Below, one piece after another: positions 17,314 to 26,027 of a stretch of DNA of 50,439 nt (position 1 is the first letter of the stretch; the number at the start of each line of letters is the position of its first letter). The stretch is from Actinomycetota bacterium. GTDB taxonomy: Bacteria; Actinomycetota; UBA4738; HRBIN12. The DNA lies in NCBI GenBank assembly GCA_046734755.1, contig JBKPRY010000145.1:1-50439 (forward strand), given 5' to 3'. The notes beneath the pieces were generated by a model. It did not search any database. It saw only the letters and a list, made by a program, of their open reading frames with translations, and was not told the DNA's origin. A program made the position numbers and the translations under genes.

Positions 17314-17901
17314 TCAACGACACCGGATCACCTCGGACTCGGTTACGACGCCGTCGACGGGCCGGTCGATCGCGCCGCTCGGGACCCGGTCCACGATCTG
17401 CAGGGCGAAGGCGATCGCGATCGCGGCCACCCCATCGCGCCGCTTCCCGAGGAGACGGTCGTAGTACCCGCCGCCGTAGCCCACCCGGCCGCACGAGCGA
17501 TCGAACGCGACCCCCGGGACCACGACGAGATCGAGCTCGTCGACGTCGAGCGCGCGCCCCTCCGCGGGTTCCATCGCTCCGAACGAGGCCTCGCTCATCG
17601 GTGTCTCGGGCGCTGCGACGACCGGGGCCACCTCGTTCCCCTCGATCCGTGGCAGCGCGACGGTCTTGCCCAGCGAACGCAGGCTGGCGATCAGCGGGCC
17701 CGTGTCGACCTCGCTCCCGAACGACCAGAAGGCCAGCACCGTTTCGGCGCCCGTCGTCTCGGGCAACCCGAGGAACCGGTCGGTGATCGCCTGGCTCAGC
17801 GCGGACCGATCGTCCTGGGGGACGGCGTCGCGCTCTGCCAGGACCGCATGACGCAGCGCCCGCTTTGCCCGCTTCAGCCGGTGACCCGGGACCGCGCTCA
17901 C
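17314..17901 (-). CDS. 5-formyltetrahydrofolate cyclo-ligase
   Basis: GTG at 17901 overlaps the upstream stop as GTGA. The sequence KRAKRALRHAVLAERDA...VLAFWSFGSEVDT...LPRI...VVVPGVAFDRSCGRVGYGGGYYDR is the MTHFS signature. Confidence 0.85.
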   Translation of the reverse strand: MSAVPGHRLKRAKRALRHAVLAERDAVPQDDRSALSQAITDRFLGLPETTGAETVLAFWSFGSEVDTGPLIASLRSLGKTVALPRIEGNEVAPVVAAPETPMSEASFGAMEPAEGRALDVDELDLVVVPGVAFDRSCGRVGYGGGYYDRLLGKRRDGVAAIAIAFALQIVDRVPSGAIDRPVDGVVTESEVIRCR

Positions 17902-18797
17902 GCCGACGACCCCGGCTCGCGGAGTACCTCCTCGGCGATCACATCGAGCCGGTCCGGCGGACCGCCGGGGACGAGCACCGACCATGTTGAGCCGGCGGCC
18001 GCGAGCGCATCGAGGTGGCTGCGAAGCGACGCCGTCGTTCCCGACCAGACCCCGGGCTCGGCGCCGCGCGCGCTCCGCTGGTCGAGCAGGCGACCGACCT
18101 CGTCGTCGTCGCGCCCGACGACGACGATCCCCGCCCAGGTCGCCGAGACCGGCCGCTGCCCCGCGGCCTCTCGCAGCACCTGCACCTTGCGGGTGAACTC
18201 GTCGACCCCCATCCCCCAGCCGTTCCACGCGTCGGCCTCGGCGGCCGCGAGGCGCACCACCGCGTCGGCGAACCCCCCGATCCAGATCGGCGGCCCGTCC
18301 GGACGCACGGGCGGCGGCAGGAGCGGTCCCGTCATCGCGGCAACGTGCGAACCGCCGCCCCATCCGACCCCGCGGTACAAGGATTTGATGGCGCGCACGG
18401 TCTCGACGAGGTGATCGCGACGATCCGCCTTCCCCAGGTACTCGATGCCGAAGACGCGGTGCTCGAGTTCGTCGATCGGGTCCCCGGTGCCGATCCCCAG
18501 GATCATGCGCCCGCCGCTGACGTCGTCGACCGCGGCGGCGAGCTTCGCGAGCATCCCCGCGCTGCGGAGCGTCGCCCTGGTGACCAGGGTCCCGACGGCG
18601 ATGCGGCTCGTCCCTGCCGCGACGGCGCTCAGCGTCGCATACGCCTCCAGCGACTGCCGGTCCGGGGACGCGCCCGGCGGGAACAGGTGGTCGAACGCGA
18701 AGACACCGTCGAACCCCCGTTCCTCCGCGCGCCGGGCGAAGGCGAGCACGCGCGGGGCGTCACCGGAGAACATCGGAAGGACGAGTCCGATCTTCAC
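17898..18797 (-). CDS. LLM-class (luciferase-like) F420-dependent oxidoreductase
   Basis: ORF track, 299 aa. MKIGLVLPMF...GFDGVFAFDHL...LGIGTGD is typical of the LLM family. It starts 1 nt after the glucokinase stop. Confidence 0.8.
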   Translation of the reverse strand: MKIGLVLPMFSGDAPRVLAFARRAEERGFDGVFAFDHLFPPGASPDRQSLEAYATLSAVAAGTSRIAVGTLVTRATLRSAGMLAKLAAAVDDVSGGRMILGIGTGDPIDELEHRVFGIEYLGKADRRDHLVETVRAIKSLYRGVGWGGGSHVAAMTGPLLPPPVRPDGPPIWIGGFADAVVRLAAAEADAWNGWGMGVDEFTRKVQVLREAAGQRPVSATWAGIVVVGRDDDEVGRLLDQRSARGAEPGVWSGTTASLRSHLDALAAAGSTWSVLVPGGPPDRLDVIAEEVLREPGSSA

Positions 18798-18798
18798 C

Positions 18799-19767
18799 TC
18801 AGACCATCACGCGCCCGAGCTCCTCGAGCGCCAGCGTGGCCGCCCCCACGGCCCCGGCGTCGTTGCCGAGCTCGGCCGGGACGATCGGCACGCGGGGGCG
18901 ATGTTCGGGAGCCTCGACCGCGTCGAGGTAGGCGGCGCGCGCGGGGTCGAGCAGGAGGTCACCGGCGACGATCGCGCCGCCGCCGACGACGACGACCTGC
19001 GGGTCCAGGACGTTCACGAGCCCGGCGATCCCCTGGCCGAGCCGACGTCCGGCCTCCGCGAGGATCCCCCTCGCGGCCTCGTCGCCTTCCCGCGCCGCCT
19101 CCGTGACGAGCTCGCCGGTCACCTCCTCGGGGTCCCCCCCGGCGAGACGACGCAGGATCGAGTGCTCGTGCTCGCGAGCCTCCTCCCGGCCCATCCGATC
19201 GATCGCCTTCCCGGCGGCGACCTGCTCCCAGCAGCCGCGGTTGCCGCAGCCGCAGAGCGGGCCGCCGGGCTCGACGATGATGTGGCCGATCTCGGCGGCG
19301 AAGCCGTTCGCGCCACGGAACAGCCGGCCGTCCGAGACGATCCCGCCGCCGATCCCGGTGCCCACCGTGACGAGCAGCAGGTGCCGGTACCCGCGGCCCG
19401 CGCCGAACCGATACTCGCCGTAGGCGGCCATGCTCGCGTCGTTGTCCACCTGGCAGGGAAGACCGAGCGCGTCGCGCATGCGCTCGGCGATGGGGAGGTC
19501 ACGCCAGGCGAGGTTGGGGGCGAAGCGCAGGACCCCCTCTTTCGCATCGACCAGCCCGGCGGCCCCCACACCGATCGCGGTCACGTCCGGGGTCGTGAGC
19601 GAGCGGGCGAGCTCGACCATCGCGGACAGGGTCGCCGCCTCGTCGTCCGCGGGGGTCGGCGAGCTCGAGCGCTGGACGATCGTGCCGTCGCGGGTGACAC
19701 GGAAGGCGTTGATCTTGGTGCCCCCGACGTCGAGCCCGATCGCCTCGCCGCTCCCACGTTCCGGCAC
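18799..19767 (-). CDS. ROK-family glucokinase
   Basis: GTG at 19767 is preceded by GAGAGG with a 7-nt spacer. Features are GLDVGGTKI, the ROK Zn motif CGCGNRGCWE and NDASMAAYGE. Confidence 0.85.
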   Translation of the reverse strand: MPERGSGEAIGLDVGGTKINAFRVTRDGTIVQRSSSPTPADDEAATLSAMVELARSLTTPDVTAIGVGAAGLVDAKEGVLRFAPNLAWRDLPIAERMRDALGLPCQVDNDASMAAYGEYRFGAGRGYRHLLLVTVGTGIGGGIVSDGRLFRGANGFAAEIGHIIVEPGGPLCGCGNRGCWEQVAAGKAIDRMGREEAREHEHSILRRLAGGDPEEVTGELVTEAAREGDEAARGILAEAGRRLGQGIAGLVNVLDPQVVVVGGGAIVAGDLLLDPARAAYLDAVEAPEHRPRVPIVPAELGNDAGAVGAATLALEELGRVMV

Positions 19768-19801
19768 GTCCGAACCTCTCAGGTGGAACGGACCGGCGGC
19801 G

Positions 19802-20092
19802 TCACGAGATCTCGATCCGCTCGAAGTCCTTGGAGCCGTTCGGGCTCTTGTCCACCCCACTCACGTGATCCCCGCGTACGTCGATCACGGCCCGCGCCGC
19901 GAGGAAGAACTCGCGGGCGGCGGCGAGCAGGTGCTCGAACACGTCGGGCGCCGCACCCTGGCCCGCGGTCACCGCCATGCAGATCGGGCAGAACGCCACG
20001 GTGCACACGGGCGGCTGCGGTTGGGCACCCGACGCCGACCCGGCGGCGCCGTCGCCCTTGGTGGCCGCGTGGCCCGGTTCGGTCTCAGGCAT
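19802..20092 (-). CDS. Small Cys-motif protein following the ArsA-like ATPase (DUF5304-like, 96 aa)
   Basis: ATG at 20092 is preceded by AAGGAG and lies 2 nt after the ArsA-like stop. The sequence reads VCTVAFCPICMAV...EHLLAAAREFFLAARAVID. The family name is from memory and not verified. Confidence 0.6.
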   Translation of the reverse strand: MPETEPGHAATKGDGAAGSASGAQPQPPVCTVAFCPICMAVTAGQGAAPDVFEHLLAAAREFFLAARAVIDVRGDHVSGVDKSPNGSKDFERIEIS

Positions 20093-20094
20093 CT

Positions 20095-21300
20095 TCAGCT
20101 CCTTCCCCTCGGCGCCGCAGCCGGCGCCGACCCCGGCGGCCGCGCGAACACGATCTCGAGATGGTCTCCGACGAAGTTGGCGCCGCGGACCTCCATCCGC
20201 TGGAGCGTCTGCGGCAGGATCAGGTTGCGCTTGTAGGTCCCAACGCGGACGTAGAGCTCCTCGCCGCGCCGGTGGATATCCATGTCCTCGCGCGAGACGA
20301 ACGGGAGCCGCATCGTGAGGACGTACCCGCCGGACCTCCGGCGGACCCGGATCGGGTCGTCCCGGTACAAGACGTCCGTGACGGGGAGGTCTCCGTAGAC
20401 CTCGCGGCCCATCTCCTCGAGCAGCTGCACGCCGACCATCTCGCGGTCGAACAGACGAGCGGTCAGGATCGGTACCGGCTCGAACGACTCGCGGACGGTC
20501 TGCAGGTGCTCCGCCTGGATGTCCTTCCACTTGCCGAAGTACGGATCCGTGACGTCCTCGGGGATGATCCGGTTCACGACGACCGCGTCGCACCGGTAGC
20601 CGAACAGCCCGAGGTACGTGTAGGTGCGGCGAGCCTCGGAGATCACCATCTTCTCCGGGTTCACGACGAGTCGAACCGTCGACGAGGACTCGTCGGTCAG
20701 GATCCGGTGCACGGCGTCGAGGTTCCGGTGCAACCGCTCGACCGCGGCGTAGAAGCTCTCGCCCGCGATCGGCAGCGACGTCATCTTCGTCACGATCGGA
20801 CGCAGCGTCTTCACCACGCGCCGCTCGACGGGGAAGATCCGTTCGATGTACCAATTCATCACCTCGGGGAGCGACAGCAGGCGCAGCGTCTCGGCGGTGG
20901 GCGCACAGTCGACGATCAACAGGTCGTACTTCCCGCCCTCGACGTGGGCCTTGACATCGATCAGCGCGAAGATCTCATCGAGCCCCGGGATCACCGAGAG
21001 CTCCTCGGCCTGGATCGTCTCGACGCCGGCCCAGTTCATGAGCTGCACGAAGTAGTCCTGGATCTCGCGCCAGTTGGACTCCAGCCGGCTCTGGGCGTCG
21101 ATCTGCTCGGCCCACAGGTTCTCGGCGATCGGCGTGGCGTGCTCGCCGATCTCCTGATCGAAGGAGTCGCCGAGCGAGTGCGCCGGATCCGTGCTCATGA
21201 TCAGCGTCCGGTTCCCCGATCCGGCCGCGCGGATGGCAGTGGCGGCGGCGACCGTCGTCTTTCCGACGCCGCCCTTCCCGGTGAACAGCAGGACGCGCAT
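20095..21300 (-). CDS. ArsA/Get3-family ATPase
   Basis: ORF track, 401 aa. It carries the deviant Walker A GKGGVGKTT, MSTDPAHSL and DCAPTAETLRLL. Confidence 0.9.
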   Translation of the reverse strand: MRVLLFTGKGGVGKTTVAAATAIRAAGSGNRTLIMSTDPAHSLGDSFDQEIGEHATPIAENLWAEQIDAQSRLESNWREIQDYFVQLMNWAGVETIQAEELSVIPGLDEIFALIDVKAHVEGGKYDLLIVDCAPTAETLRLLSLPEVMNWYIERIFPVERRVVKTLRPIVTKMTSLPIAGESFYAAVERLHRNLDAVHRILTDESSSTVRLVVNPEKMVISEARRTYTYLGLFGYRCDAVVVNRIIPEDVTDPYFGKWKDIQAEHLQTVRESFEPVPILTARLFDREMVGVQLLEEMGREVYGDLPVTDVLYRDDPIRVRRRSGGYVLTMRLPFVSREDMDIHRRGEELYVRVGTYKRNLILPQTLQRMEVRGANFVGDHLEIVFARPPGSAPAAAPRGRS

Positions 21301-21348
21301 GCCGGCCAGCCTAGCGCGGGCGACACCCCGACGCGTCCGGAGGTGGGC

Positions 21349-21792
21349 TCAGCCGAGCTCGACGCGCCGCTTCAGGCCCTCGAGCGCGTTCTCGATGACG
21401 CGCTTCTCGCCCTGCGTGCGGACGAAGCCGGGGAGCAGGATCCCCAGGTCGACGGCGAGCCGGTAGATCACCTTGGTCTCGTCGTCGTCGATCTCGGAGA
21501 GCAGGTACTCGCCGGTGATGTTCGACACGGCGCCGTGGGCCTCGGTCGAGACCCACGACATCCCGCCGTCGCCGGGTGCGTAGCGGTAGGCGAGCGTGTA
21601 GTTCGCCTTGCCGAGGAGGGGGACGTCAACCTCGAACGCCACCTTGGTCCCCAGACCACCATCCCCGCGTTCGAGCACATGGGCGGTCTTGACGTCGGCC
21701 CACTCCGGGTAGGCCTCGAAGTCGGTCAGGACGTCCATGACCTCGACCGCCGGCGCCTCGATCACGATCTGGCCCTCGGTCTGCTCGCTCAT
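21349..21792 (-). CDS. SRPBCC (START/polyketide-cyclase-like) ligand-binding protein
   Basis: ATG at 21792 is preceded by GAGGGAG. The sequence is MSEQTEGQIVIEAPAVEVMDVLTDFEAYPEWADV..., 147 aa. Confidence 0.75.
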   Translation of the reverse strand: MSEQTEGQIVIEAPAVEVMDVLTDFEAYPEWADVKTAHVLERGDGGLGTKVAFEVDVPLLGKANYTLAYRYAPGDGGMSWVSTEAHGAVSNITGEYLLSEIDDDETKVIYRLAVDLGILLPGFVRTQGEKRVIENALEGLKRRVELG

Positions 21793-21815
21793 GCCTGCTC
21801 CCTCAGGACGCGATG

Positions 21816-22496
21816 TTACCGGCGGGCGGCCGGCAACGTGACGAACGTGGCGATCACGACGGACAGGAAGACCAGACCGGCCGACGTCCACAGCAACGTC
21901 CGGGAGCTCATCAGAGGCTCGTCGCCGGCCGCCAGCCGGTAGGCGTCCATCGCCGACACCACGTAGATCAGCACCGAGGCGCCGAGGAAGACGGCGAACA
22001 GGGGGAGGGTCGGGCCGAGCCCGCCCTTGCCGAACCGCGACACGAGCAGGATCACCAAGGCCCCGAACGACCAGGCGAACATCACGAACCGACCCACCGC
22101 ATCGGTCCCTCGGCCGAGCTTCCAATGGCCGAGCCCGGGCCAGAGCATCGACCACACGGCCGCAGTCTGCGGCTCGATCTCAGACGCCGCCTCGGGCTCC
22201 GCGAGCAGTCGGCCGAACAGGCTCCCGCAGGCCGAGCACGCGTTCGCATCGATCGGGTTGCGCGTCTCGCACACCGGACACGTCCAGGAGAGCGTGCCGC
22301 CCTCGACCTCGATCGCGCCCCCCGATGTGCCGCGGATCGCCTCGGGCCCCGCGGCCCCGGTCAAAGCCGGCGTCGCCTGGTCGTCGGCCTCGGTGCGGGC
22401 TCCCGCGCGTTCGAGCGGCGCGAAGCACTGCCCGCACCACTCGGCGTCCGCGGACGCGAGGGCGCCGCAGACCGGGCACCGGCGTTCGCCCATCAT
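21816..22496 (-). CDS. Double zinc-ribbon membrane protein, hypothetical
   Basis: ORF track, 226 aa. Two CxxC...CxxC ribbons are present (CPVCG...CGQC and CPVCE...CSAC), followed by about 4 TM segments. Confidence 0.7.
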   Translation of the reverse strand: MMGERRCPVCGALASADAEWCGQCFAPLERAGARTEADDQATPALTGAAGPEAIRGTSGGAIEVEGGTLSWTCPVCETRNPIDANACSACGSLFGRLLAEPEAASEIEPQTAAVWSMLWPGLGHWKLGRGTDAVGRFVMFAWSFGALVILLVSRFGKGGLGPTLPLFAVFLGASVLIYVVSAMDAYRLAAGDEPLMSSRTLLWTSAGLVFLSVVIATFVTLPAARR

Positions 22497-22542
22497 GCGA
22501 GGCAGGGTACCCCCGCTCGCGACCGGGACCGGGGACGCGGGG

Positions 22543-23676
22543 TCAGGCGACCGCCTGGCGCAGCCACCCGGCGAGCTGCTCGGCGGCCCTGGACCACCCG
22601 AACGAACGCACCACCCGCTCGCGGCCGGCGCGACCCATCGCTTCCGCGCGCTCGGGGTCCACGAGCAACGAGCCCACGGCCCCGGCGACCTCCGCGACGT
22701 CCGACCCCTTCACGAGCAGGCCGGTCTCTCCCGGTGCGAGCGACTCGCGCGCTCCCCCGGAGTCGCCGACCACCACGGGTCGCGCGCACGCGGCAGCCTC
22801 GACGAACACATTGCCCCAGCCCTCGACCTCCAGACCCCCCAGGCGGCTCCGGCACGGCATCGCGAACACGTTCCCCGCGCGGTAGTAGCGGGGCAGGTCG
22901 CCCTCGGACACCTGGCCCGCGAACACGACGGAGCCGTCCGGCGCGTCCGCGGCGAGTCGTACCAGCCGGTCGCGGTCCGGCCCATCCCCCACGATCAGCA
23001 GGGAGGCATCGGGGACGTCACGGCGGATCCGAGGCATCGCGCGGATCAGCACGTCCTGGCCCTTGCGCGCCACCAACCGGCTCACGCAGACGATCAGCGG
23101 GCGGTCGGCGACTCCGTGGAGGTCGGTCAGGTCCTCGAAGGGCAGGTCCGGGCGGAAGGCCTCGAGATCCGCGCCCGGGTACATCACGGAGACGGGCACG
23201 TCGTCCGGAACGGAGGTTCGCACGACCCGGGCGATGAAGGCGCTGCACATCACCGGCACGCGCGCCGCCCGCGACGTGGCGCGCCGGACGAGCGCGTGGG
23301 TGCCGGGCGCGATCGAGAGCCAGTACTCGAACCCGTGCGCCGCCGCGAGGTACGGGGTCCCGGTCTCCGCCAGCGAAGGTCCGAGGAGGGCGAGCGGGTA
23401 GACCGCGCCGAACAGGACCACGTCGGCCCCGAACGACCGGATGGCCTCGTGGAGGCGCCGCCTCACGTCGGGGAGCGGCCACAGGAAATGTTCGGGCTGG
23501 CGGTAGACGGCGTACGGCGCGGCTCGGTCGAACGCGTCGCCGCCCTCGGCGTTCGGGCACAGGACCGCGACTCGGTCCGGCGGTAGGCGCCGAAGGAGCG
23601 CCTCCAACGTGCGTTGGATCCCGCCCACCGTGGGCGGGTAGTCGTTGGTGACCAGGAGCGTCCGCGGAACGTCCAC
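22543..23676 (-). CDS. GT4-family (GT-B) glycosyltransferase
   Basis: ORF track, 377 aa, GTG start. Features are LLVTNDYPPTVGGIQ and the E-x7-E motif EGWGNVFVEAAACARPVVV. Confidence 0.85.
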   Translation of the reverse strand: MDVPRTLLVTNDYPPTVGGIQRTLEALLRRLPPDRVAVLCPNAEGGDAFDRAAPYAVYRQPEHFLWPLPDVRRRLHEAIRSFGADVVLFGAVYPLALLGPSLAETGTPYLAAAHGFEYWLSIAPGTHALVRRATSRAARVPVMCSAFIARVVRTSVPDDVPVSVMYPGADLEAFRPDLPFEDLTDLHGVADRPLIVCVSRLVARKGQDVLIRAMPRIRRDVPDASLLIVGDGPDRDRLVRLAADAPDGSVVFAGQVSEGDLPRYYRAGNVFAMPCRSRLGGLEVEGWGNVFVEAAACARPVVVGDSGGARESLAPGETGLLVKGSDVAEVAGAVGSLLVDPERAEAMGRAGRERVVRSFGWSRAAEQLAGWLRQAVA

Positions 23677-23696
23677 GGCGGCTTATCCTCGCAGAC

Positions 23697-24533
23697 ATGG
23701 ATGGAGCGGCGTTCGACGAGCAGCTCGAGGCGCTGGAGCAGGAGCGCGCGTTCGTGGACCTCCGAGGCTGGGGCCTCACCGAGGTTCGGGGCGTCGATGC
23801 ACAGGGGTGGCTGAACGACCTCGTCACCGCCTCGGTGGAGGGACTCCCCGAAGGCGCGGCTCTGCGCTCGTTCCTGCTCTCCCCCACCGGCAGGATCCGC
23901 GCCGACGTCCACGTCCTGCGTGCACGCGTGGGCGACGGCTTCCTCCTGCTCCAGGACACCACCCAGCCCGAGACGATCGCCGATCTGCTCGCGCCCTACA
24001 TCCTGTCGTCGGATGTCGAGCTGGCGCCCGCCCACCCCCGCGGGCTCCTCGTGAAGCCCCGGCCGAGTCTCGGTTGGACGGCGGCATGGGAAGCAACGCA
24101 CGACGGGTCGATCGCCGCCGGGCCGGAGGCGCTCGAGGCCTGGCGGATCCGCCACGGGCTTGCCCGTTTCCCGGTCGACCTGGACGCGGACTCCCTGCCG
24201 GCCGAGGCCGGCCTCGACGTCGAGCCGGTGATCGATCGGGGCAAGGGCTGCTACCTGGGCCAGGAGTCCGTTGCACGGGTGCGGAACCTCGGCCACCCGC
24301 CGCGGCTCGTCGTCGGGGTCAGGGCCGAGGTCCCGCTGCGGCCCGGCACGCCGGTCCGTTCGCGCGGAGAGCAGGTCGGGAGCGTGACCAGTGCGGAGCC
24401 GAGGGGAGGATCCTCGGCCATCGTTCGTATCCGTTGGGACGCAAGGGACACCGAGCTCACCGCCGAGGACGGCATCGCCCTGGAGCGCCGGGAACCCTCG
24501 ATCGGGAGCTCCCCGATACTACGGAGTCTCTGA
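23697..24533 (+). CDS. ygfZ: YgfZ/GcvT-like folate-binding protein
   Basis: ORF track, 278 aa. It has the KGCYLGQE signature and the ARFPVDL region. It lies 20 bp from the divergent GT gene. Confidence 0.8.
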   Translation: MDGAAFDEQLEALEQERAFVDLRGWGLTEVRGVDAQGWLNDLVTASVEGLPEGAALRSFLLSPTGRIRADVHVLRARVGDGFLLLQDTTQPETIADLLAPYILSSDVELAPAHPRGLLVKPRPSLGWTAAWEATHDGSIAAGPEALEAWRIRHGLARFPVDLDADSLPAEAGLDVEPVIDRGKGCYLGQESVARVRNLGHPPRLVVGVRAEVPLRPGTPVRSRGEQVGSVTSAEPRGGSSAIVRIRWDARDTELTAEDGIALERREPSIGSSPILRSL

Positions 24534-24642
24534 CTTTTCAAGACTGTTCTCGTTCGATCGCGAACGGTACAAGGGTTTCCTGCGCGTACAGGCCCCCTCC
24601 GGGTCCCCGGCGCAACCCGACGAGGCACGCAGGGAGTTGAGT

Positions 24643-24921
24643 GTGACCAAGGACCGGATCGCAGGGATCGACCTGACGGCCCTGCCCCCCGACCCCTCCC
24701 CCCCGGACATCTGGCAGGATCAGGCGGCCTGCTACGGGATCGACCCGGACACGTTCTTCCCCACCTCCGAGGAGGAGGCGGGACCCGCGCTGGCGTTCTG
24801 CTCGGCCTGCGACATCCGCGAGACCTGTCTCTCGTGGGCCCTCAAGAACGGTGAGCGCTACGGCGTGTGGGGCGGCCTCACCGAGCAGCAGCGCCGCCGC
24901 CTCGTCCGGTTCGTGGCCTGA
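24643..24921 (+). CDS. whiB: WhiB-family [4Fe-4S] transcription factor
   Basis: GTG at 24643 is preceded by AGGGAG with a 6-nt spacer. The Cys pattern is C-x22-C-x2-C-x5-C (AACYG...FCSACDIRETC), followed by the GVWGG turn and a basic tail. Confidence 0.9.
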   Translation: MTKDRIAGIDLTALPPDPSPPDIWQDQAACYGIDPDTFFPTSEEEAGPALAFCSACDIRETCLSWALKNGERYGVWGGLTEQQRRRLVRFVA

Positions 24922-24989
24922 GGTCACCGGCCCCACGGGGCTGGCGCGGCTGGTCGCGCGGCCGGGACCGGGCCCATACTTGCGGACCC

Positions 24990-26027
24990 ATGGCCTCAGG
25001 CACGATCCGCGCGAGCGCGCCCCTTCGGATCAGCTTCGTCGGAGGCGGCACCGACTTCCCCCACTACTACGACGTTCACGGCGGTGCGGTCCTGTCGGCG
25101 ACGATCGATCACGCGGCGCACGTCTCGGTCGCGCCGCGCGGCGATCGGCAGGTACGGATCCGTTCGCTCGATCTCGGTCATCGCGTGGAGTACCACCTCG
25201 AGCGCGGGCCGGTGTACGACGGCGTGATGGACCTGCCCAAGGCCGCGATCGAGCGGATGGGGGTCCAGACGGGGATCGATGTCGATATCGCATCCGACGC
25301 ACCGCCCGGCAGCGGGCTCGGAGGCTCTTCGGCGCTGGTCACGGCGTGTGTCGGCGCGCTCGCGATGCTGACGGACCGGCCGATGGCGCCCCGCGAGGTC
25401 GCCGAGCTCGCCTATGTGATCGAGCGGGAGGATCTGGGCATCGCGGGCGGATGGCAGGATCAGTTCGCGGCGGCCTTCGGCGGCTTCAACCTGCTCGAGT
25501 TCGACCGGCGCGGCGTCGTCGTCCGTCCCCTCGCGCTCTCGCCCGAGGCGGTCGGCGAGCTCCGGGCGCACCTGTTGCTCTGCTACACGGGGCACATCCG
25601 GACCGACCTCGGGCTGATCGCCACCCAGATCCGCATGTACCAGGAGGGGCGAGAAGACACGATCGTGGGGATGAAGCAGCTCCAGGCGATGGCGTTCGAG
25701 ATGCGCCGGGAGCTCGAGGAGGGGAACATCGAGCGGCTGGGGCCGATGCTCCGCGCCGCGTTCGAGAGCAAGAAGCTGATGAACCCCCACATCTCCGAGG
25801 GCACCCGGATCGACCACCTGCTCGCGGTGGCCGCGGACGCGGGTGCCTCGGGCGGCAAGATCTGCGGCGCCGGGGGCGGCGGCTATCTGCTGCTCGCCTG
25901 CCGGCCCGACCGCCAGCCGGCGGTCCGAGGTGCGCTCGAGGCGCTCGGCGGCCAGTTCGCGGAGTTCGCGTTCCGCGCCCACGGGGTCGAGGCGCGCGCA
26001 GGGGGTCGCGTGTGGAGGCCGTCGTGA
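24990..26027 (+). CDS. hddA: GHMP-family sugar kinase, D-glycero-D-manno-heptose-7-phosphate kinase-like
   Basis: ATG at 24990 gives MASGTIRASAPLRISFVGGGTDFP. It carries the GHMP motif PPGSGLGGSSA and GWQDQ. The upstream part of the track ORF is Arg/Pro-rich shadow sequence. Confidence 0.8.
   Translation: MASGTIRASAPLRISFVGGGTDFPHYYDVHGGAVLSATIDHAAHVSVAPRGDRQVRIRSLDLGHRVEYHLERGPVYDGVMDLPKAAIERMGVQTGIDVDIASDAPPGSGLGGSSALVTACVGALAMLTDRPMAPREVAELAYVIEREDLGIAGGWQDQFAAAFGGFNLLEFDRRGVVVRPLALSPEAVGELRAHLLLCYTGHIRTDLGLIATQIRMYQEGREDTIVGMKQLQAMAFEMRRELEEGNIERLGPMLRAAFESKKLMNPHISEGTRIDHLLAVAADAGASGGKICGAGGGGYLLLACRPDRQPAVRGALEALGGQFAEFAFRAHGVEARAGGRVWRPS

Noticed and set aside
18445-21942. 1165-aa plus-strand ORF, the longest in this part of the track
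   Set aside because: It is antisense to five well-supported minus-strand genes (LLM oxidoreductase, glucokinase, small Cys protein, ArsA-like ATPase, SRPBCC protein). Its composition is dominated by Arg/Pro/Gly/Ala/Asp with no recognisable motifs. It is a typical shadow ORF of high-GC DNA.
24551-24564. GTTCG-atcg-CGAAC inverted repeat in the AT-richer whiB upstream region, considered as a second SOS box
   Set aside because: The half-sites are in the opposite order to the LexA operator (CGAAC-N4-GTTCG), so it is not a LexA site. It may just be a short hairpin or an unrelated operator, and I have insufficient evidence to call it.
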